This document shows, piece by piece, positions 60,431-64,000 of a stretch of 64,000 nucleotides of DNA. Positions within the stretch are counted from its first letter, which is position 1. The number at the start of each line of letters is the position of its first letter. The position numbers and the translations under genes were made by a program. The notes under the pieces were generated by a model that saw only the letters and a program-made list of their open reading frames with translations, searched no databases and had not been told where the DNA came from. Source of the stretch: an uncultured Chroococcidiopsis sp. (GTDB lineage Bacteria; Cyanobacteriota; Cyanobacteriia; Cyanobacteriales; Chroococcidiopsidaceae). The stretch covers positions 1 to 64,000 of the forward strand of contig CAXTYC010000011.1 of the NCBI GenBank assembly GCA_964248365.1, written 5' to 3'.

Positions 60431-61942
60431 TTATCGGCTGTAAAGTTGAGTAAGATCTAAAAGGCGATCGCGCAATTCTTGAGTCAGAATATCATTACTG
60501 TTGTAGCGCCAGCGCCAGTTACCAGCAACTTTACTCGGATCGTTCATTCTCCCACTATCATCCAAACCTAAAATATCTTGTAGGGGTAGGATAGCTAAAT
60601 TAGCCACACTTGCTAAAGCCATGCGGATCAAAATCCAATTAATTTCCTTAATTTCTTGTGGTGATTGATAACCGAGATATTTAGCAAGTAGCTGCTTTTC
60701 TTCGCTACTTGCTTTCATCCACCACCCCCTTGTTGTATCATTATCATGAGTGCCAGTGTAGACCACACAATTATTTATATAATGGTGTGGTAAATAAGCA
60801 TTATCCGAACCTTCACTAAAGGCAAATAATAAGATTCGCATCCCAGGAAATCCGAAGCGATCGCGCAATTCTTCCACTTCTGGCGTGATAATGCCCAAAT
60901 CCTCTGCCATAATTGGTAGATTACCTAAAGCAGTAGAGAGAGTTTCAAAGAACTCTACCCCTGGTGCTTTGATCCACTCACCATTGATAGCAGTTTCTTC
61001 CCCTGCTGGTACTTGCCAATACGCTTCAAATCCGCGAAAATGATCAACACGAACTATGTCTACATATTCTAGTGTTGCCTGAAAGCGCTTAATCCACCAG
61101 GCAAAGTTAGTTTTCTGCAATTGATCCCAGTTATAAACTGGATTACCCCAAAGTTGTCCAGTTGCACTAAAGTAGTCAGGGGGAACACCCGCTATATATG
61201 CAGGTGCAAATGTTTTTGGATCTAGCTTAAAGATTTCTGGATTTCCCCAAACTTCAGCGCTATTGTGGCAAACATAAATTGAAACATCGCCAATAATTTG
61301 AATATTTTTGCTATTGGTATAAGCACGTAGCTTTTTCCATTGCTCAAAAAACTTAAACTGTAAGAATTTGTGGTATAATATATATTCGTGCAAAGCTTGG
61401 GCGGCAGCTTTCAAGGCAGCAGGTTCACGACGAGCGATCGCGCTTTCCCATTCATTCCAATCCTTGCCCTCATTCGCTTCTAGTAACGCCATAAATAGAA
61501 CATAGTCATCGAGCCAGTAAGATTGCTCTTGACAAAACTGTTCAAAATCAGAGTTTTGTTTGTTTGCCAAAGATTGCCTGAAGCGCTCAAAAGCAAGGAT
61601 GAGAAATTTAGTCTTATGGGGGATGACGAGATCAAAATTAACTCGGTTGGGATCTATGTCTGCATTGAGTGGTGTCAGCTCATCTTTGTTTAATAAGCCT
61701 TCCTCTGCCAAGATATCGAGACTGATAAGTAGAGGATTCCCAGCAAAGGCACTAAAGTTCATGGTATAGGGGGAATGTTCGTAGCCAGTAGGTCCCAAGG
61801 GCAGAACTTGCCACAATTTTTGACCACTGCTGGCTAAAAAATCCACAAACTCATAAGCCGATTTACCTAAATCACCAATTCCAAATCGGCTTGGTAGACA
61901 CGTTGGGTGCAGTAAGATGCCACTTGCCCGTTGAAAAGTCAT
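60431..61942 (-). CDS. malQ: 4-alpha-glucanotransferase (amylomaltase)
   Basis: RASGILLHPT, GVPPDYFSATGQLWGNP, RVDHFRGF, AEDLG, TGTHDNDT; ATG 61942. Confidence 0.96.
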   Translation of the reverse strand: MTFQRASGILLHPTCLPSRFGIGDLGKSAYEFVDFLASSGQKLWQVLPLGPTGYEHSPYTMNFSAFAGNPLLISLDILAEEGLLNKDELTPLNADIDPNRVNFDLVIPHKTKFLILAFERFRQSLANKQNSDFEQFCQEQSYWLDDYVLFMALLEANEGKDWNEWESAIARREPAALKAAAQALHEYILYHKFLQFKFFEQWKKLRAYTNSKNIQIIGDVSIYVCHNSAEVWGNPEIFKLDPKTFAPAYIAGVPPDYFSATGQLWGNPVYNWDQLQKTNFAWWIKRFQATLEYVDIVRVDHFRGFEAYWQVPAGEETAINGEWIKAPGVEFFETLSTALGNLPIMAEDLGIITPEVEELRDRFGFPGMRILLFAFSEGSDNAYLPHHYINNCVVYTGTHDNDTTRGWWMKASSEEKQLLAKYLGYQSPQEIKEINWILIRMALASVANLAILPLQDILGLDDSGRMNDPSKVAGNWRWRYNSNDILTQELRDRLLDLTQLYSR

Positions 61943-62161
61943 ATAGATGCTTGCAAGCTTACCAAAAATCAACAATAACGCTTAACTCCAACGATCTTCA
62001 TGATGCTGTGGATAGAATACCCGTAGGAAGACTTGGGGAAGCGATCGCACTAACCCCAGAAAATTGCAATCCATTTAACTTTCAGCTTATAGGCATTGGC
62101 AAAATTGGGATAGACTCAATAACTTTGTACAGTGGCTTAACCCAATTGGACTGGAAAGAAA

Positions 62162-64000
62162 ATGCAGCGCTCAACATTCAACGAAGATCCCCTCTGGTTT
62201 AAAGATGCAATTATTTACGAAGTGCCTGTTCGCGCGTTTGCTGATAGTAATGGTGATGGTATTGGTGACTTTCGCGGGCTGACAGAAAAACTGGATTATT
62301 TACAAGATTTAGGAGTAACCGCACTTTGGTTGTTGCCGTTCTTTCCCTCCCCGCTCAAAGATGATGGCTATGATATTGCAGACTACACCCAAGTCAACCC
62401 GATATATGGCACGTTAGAAGATTTTAAGGAATTCTTGGCAGCTGCCCATCAGCGGGGAATCCGAGTGATTATTGAGTTAATTGTCAACCATACTTCCGAT
62501 CAGCATCCTTGGTTTCAAAGGGCGCGTCTTGCGCCCAAGGGTAGTTCTGAGCGAGATTTTTACGTTTGGAGTGATACCCCAGAAAAATACCAAGAGGCGC
62601 GGATTATCTTTCAAGATTTTGAGACATCTAACTGGGCTTGGGACTCGGTAGCTAAAGCTTATTATTGGCATCGCTTCTACTCCCATCAGCCGGATATAAA
62701 CTATGACAACCCAGCAGTGCGTCAGGCTGTCTTAGATGTTTTAGATTTTTGGTTAGAAATGGGGGTAGATGGGTTACGCATGGATGCAGTGCCTTATTTG
62801 TATGAGCGAGAAGGGACTAACTGCGAGAACCTCGATCTAACTCATGCTTTTCTGAAGCAGATGCGATCGCACGTAGACGAAAAATTCCCCAACCGAATGC
62901 TGCTAGCCGAGGCGAATCAATGGCCTGAAGATGCGGCACAATACTACGGCAATGGGGATGAGTGTCATATGAACTTCCATTTTCCCCTCATGCCTCGCCT
63001 ATTTATGGCGTTGCGGATGGAAGATAGCTTCCCGATTGCTGATATTCTCCAGCAGACTCCTACCATTCCCGATAACTGTCAGTGGGCGTTGTTTTTGCGT
63101 AACCATGATGAACTGACTTTGGAAATGGTGACGGATGAAGACCGAGACTATATGTATCAAGTTTATGCGCGTGATCCCCAGATGCGGCTTAACTTGGGCA
63201 TCCGTCGCCGCTTGGCTCCCCTATTGGGAAATGACCGCCGCCAAATCGAGTTGCTCAATAGTCTGCTGTTGTCTTTGCCTGGAACCCCTGTGCTTTACTA
63301 TGGGGATGAAATTGGTATGGGCGATAACGTTTATGTGGGGGATCGCAATGGTGTGCGTACACCAATGCAGTGGAGTAGCGATCGCAATGCAGGATTTAGT
63401 CGCGCCAACTCGCAAAGGTTGTATTTACCCGTGATTGTTGACTCAGAATATCACTATGCCGCAGTCAACGTCGAGGCACAACGGGCTAACCCCAACTCTC
63501 TTTGGTATTGGATGAAACGCCTACTTGCTACCCGTAAGCGTTTCCAAGCATTTGGTCGAGGCAGCTTTGAGTTGCTACACCCCGATAACCGCAAAGTTCT
63601 TGCCTTCACCCGTACCTACCAGGAAGAACACATCTTGGTAGTTGCGAATTTGTCCCGCTTTGTGCAAACGGTTGAATTAGATTTATCAGCCTGCAAGGGA
63701 ATGGAGCCAGTAGAGATTTTCGGTTACACCGAGTTTCCACCGATTGGAGAGTCACCCTACTTTCTCAGCCTTAGTCCTTATGCATTTTACTGGTTTACGC
63801 TCAAGCCTCAAGTTAGTATCACTCAACCGCCTAAACTCCAAGCACAACTGCCAATGCTGGCTGTCAGTGATAAATGGCAGAATGTTTTTGCAGTTCCACA
63901 GTTGAAAGTCGCTCTGGAATCGATTCTGTCGGATTACGTGTATACCTGTAGCTGGTTTGCTTGTACGAGGACAATTCAATCGAGTCAAATCACTGAAGCG
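62162..64000 (+). CDS. treS: Trehalose synthase TreS, probably fused to maltokinase; truncated by the window edge and absent from the ORF track
   Basis: ATG 62162 MQRSTFNEDPLWFKDAIIYEV...DSNGDGIGDFRGL...NHTSDQHPWFQ...GLRMDAVPYL...AEANQWP...FLRNHDELTLEMV; reading continues past the GH13 domain. Confidence 0.93.
   Translation, partial: MQRSTFNEDPLWFKDAIIYEVPVRAFADSNGDGIGDFRGLTEKLDYLQDLGVTALWLLPFFPSPLKDDGYDIADYTQVNPIYGTLEDFKEFLAAAHQRGIRVIIELIVNHTSDQHPWFQRARLAPKGSSERDFYVWSDTPEKYQEARIIFQDFETSNWAWDSVAKAYYWHRFYSHQPDINYDNPAVRQAVLDVLDFWLEMGVDGLRMDAVPYLYEREGTNCENLDLTHAFLKQMRSHVDEKFPNRMLLAEANQWPEDAAQYYGNGDECHMNFHFPLMPRLFMALRMEDSFPIADILQQTPTIPDNCQWALFLRNHDELTLEMVTDEDRDYMYQVYARDPQMRLNLGIRRRLAPLLGNDRRQIELLNSLLLSLPGTPVLYYGDEIGMGDNVYVGDRNGVRTPMQWSSDRNAGFSRANSQRLYLPVIVDSEYHYAAVNVEAQRANPNSLWYWMKRLLATRKRFQAFGRGSFELLHPDNRKVLAFTRTYQEEHILVVANLSRFVQTVELDLSACKGMEPVEIFGYTEFPPIGESPYFLSLSPYAFYWFTLKPQVSITQPPKLQAQLPMLAVSDKWQNVFAVPQLKVALESILSDYVYTCSWFACTRTIQSSQITEA

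Noticed and set aside
62477..63988. Short track ORFs near the right edge
   Set aside because: All overlap the continuous treS frame starting at 62162, which the track omitted because it has no stop within the window

Overview
64-kb chromosomal window from a terrestrial-type cyanobacterium (frequent HIP1 GCGATCGC octamers, form IB rbcL-rbcX-rbcS plus Rubisco activase, many heptamer STRR tracts; most consistent with a Chroococcidiopsidales/Nostocales-like genome). Left part: mostly housekeeping genes (sixA, DHH phosphoesterase, HNH, alr, SpsB-like GT4, Rbp3, fmt, MscS, cysteine desulfurase, ComA, class D beta-lactamase, NdbB, rca, rbcLXS, panB). Right part: an orphan cluster of three single-module NRPS genes (C-A-T; docking-C-A-NMT-T; C-A-T-TE), a TetR/Rieske/decayed flavin-monooxygenase unit and a trehalose/glycogen cluster (treY, treZ, glgX, malQ, and treS running off the right edge). 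Highlights: (1) the NRPS termini suggest a possible looping/iterative assembly line; (2) three distinct structured mini-elements plus STRR tracts sit in frame inside coding genes, especially in the same two loops of the NRPS A domains, and each element also has an intergenic copy here; (3) a cyanobacterial LexA box lies in front of two uncharacterised genes; (4) the ORF track misses or fragments a radical SAM gene, an SH3-like protein gene, a monooxygenase pseudogene and treS. No rRNA, tRNA, CRISPR array or intact transposase was seen. All calls are by eye; no database search was run.
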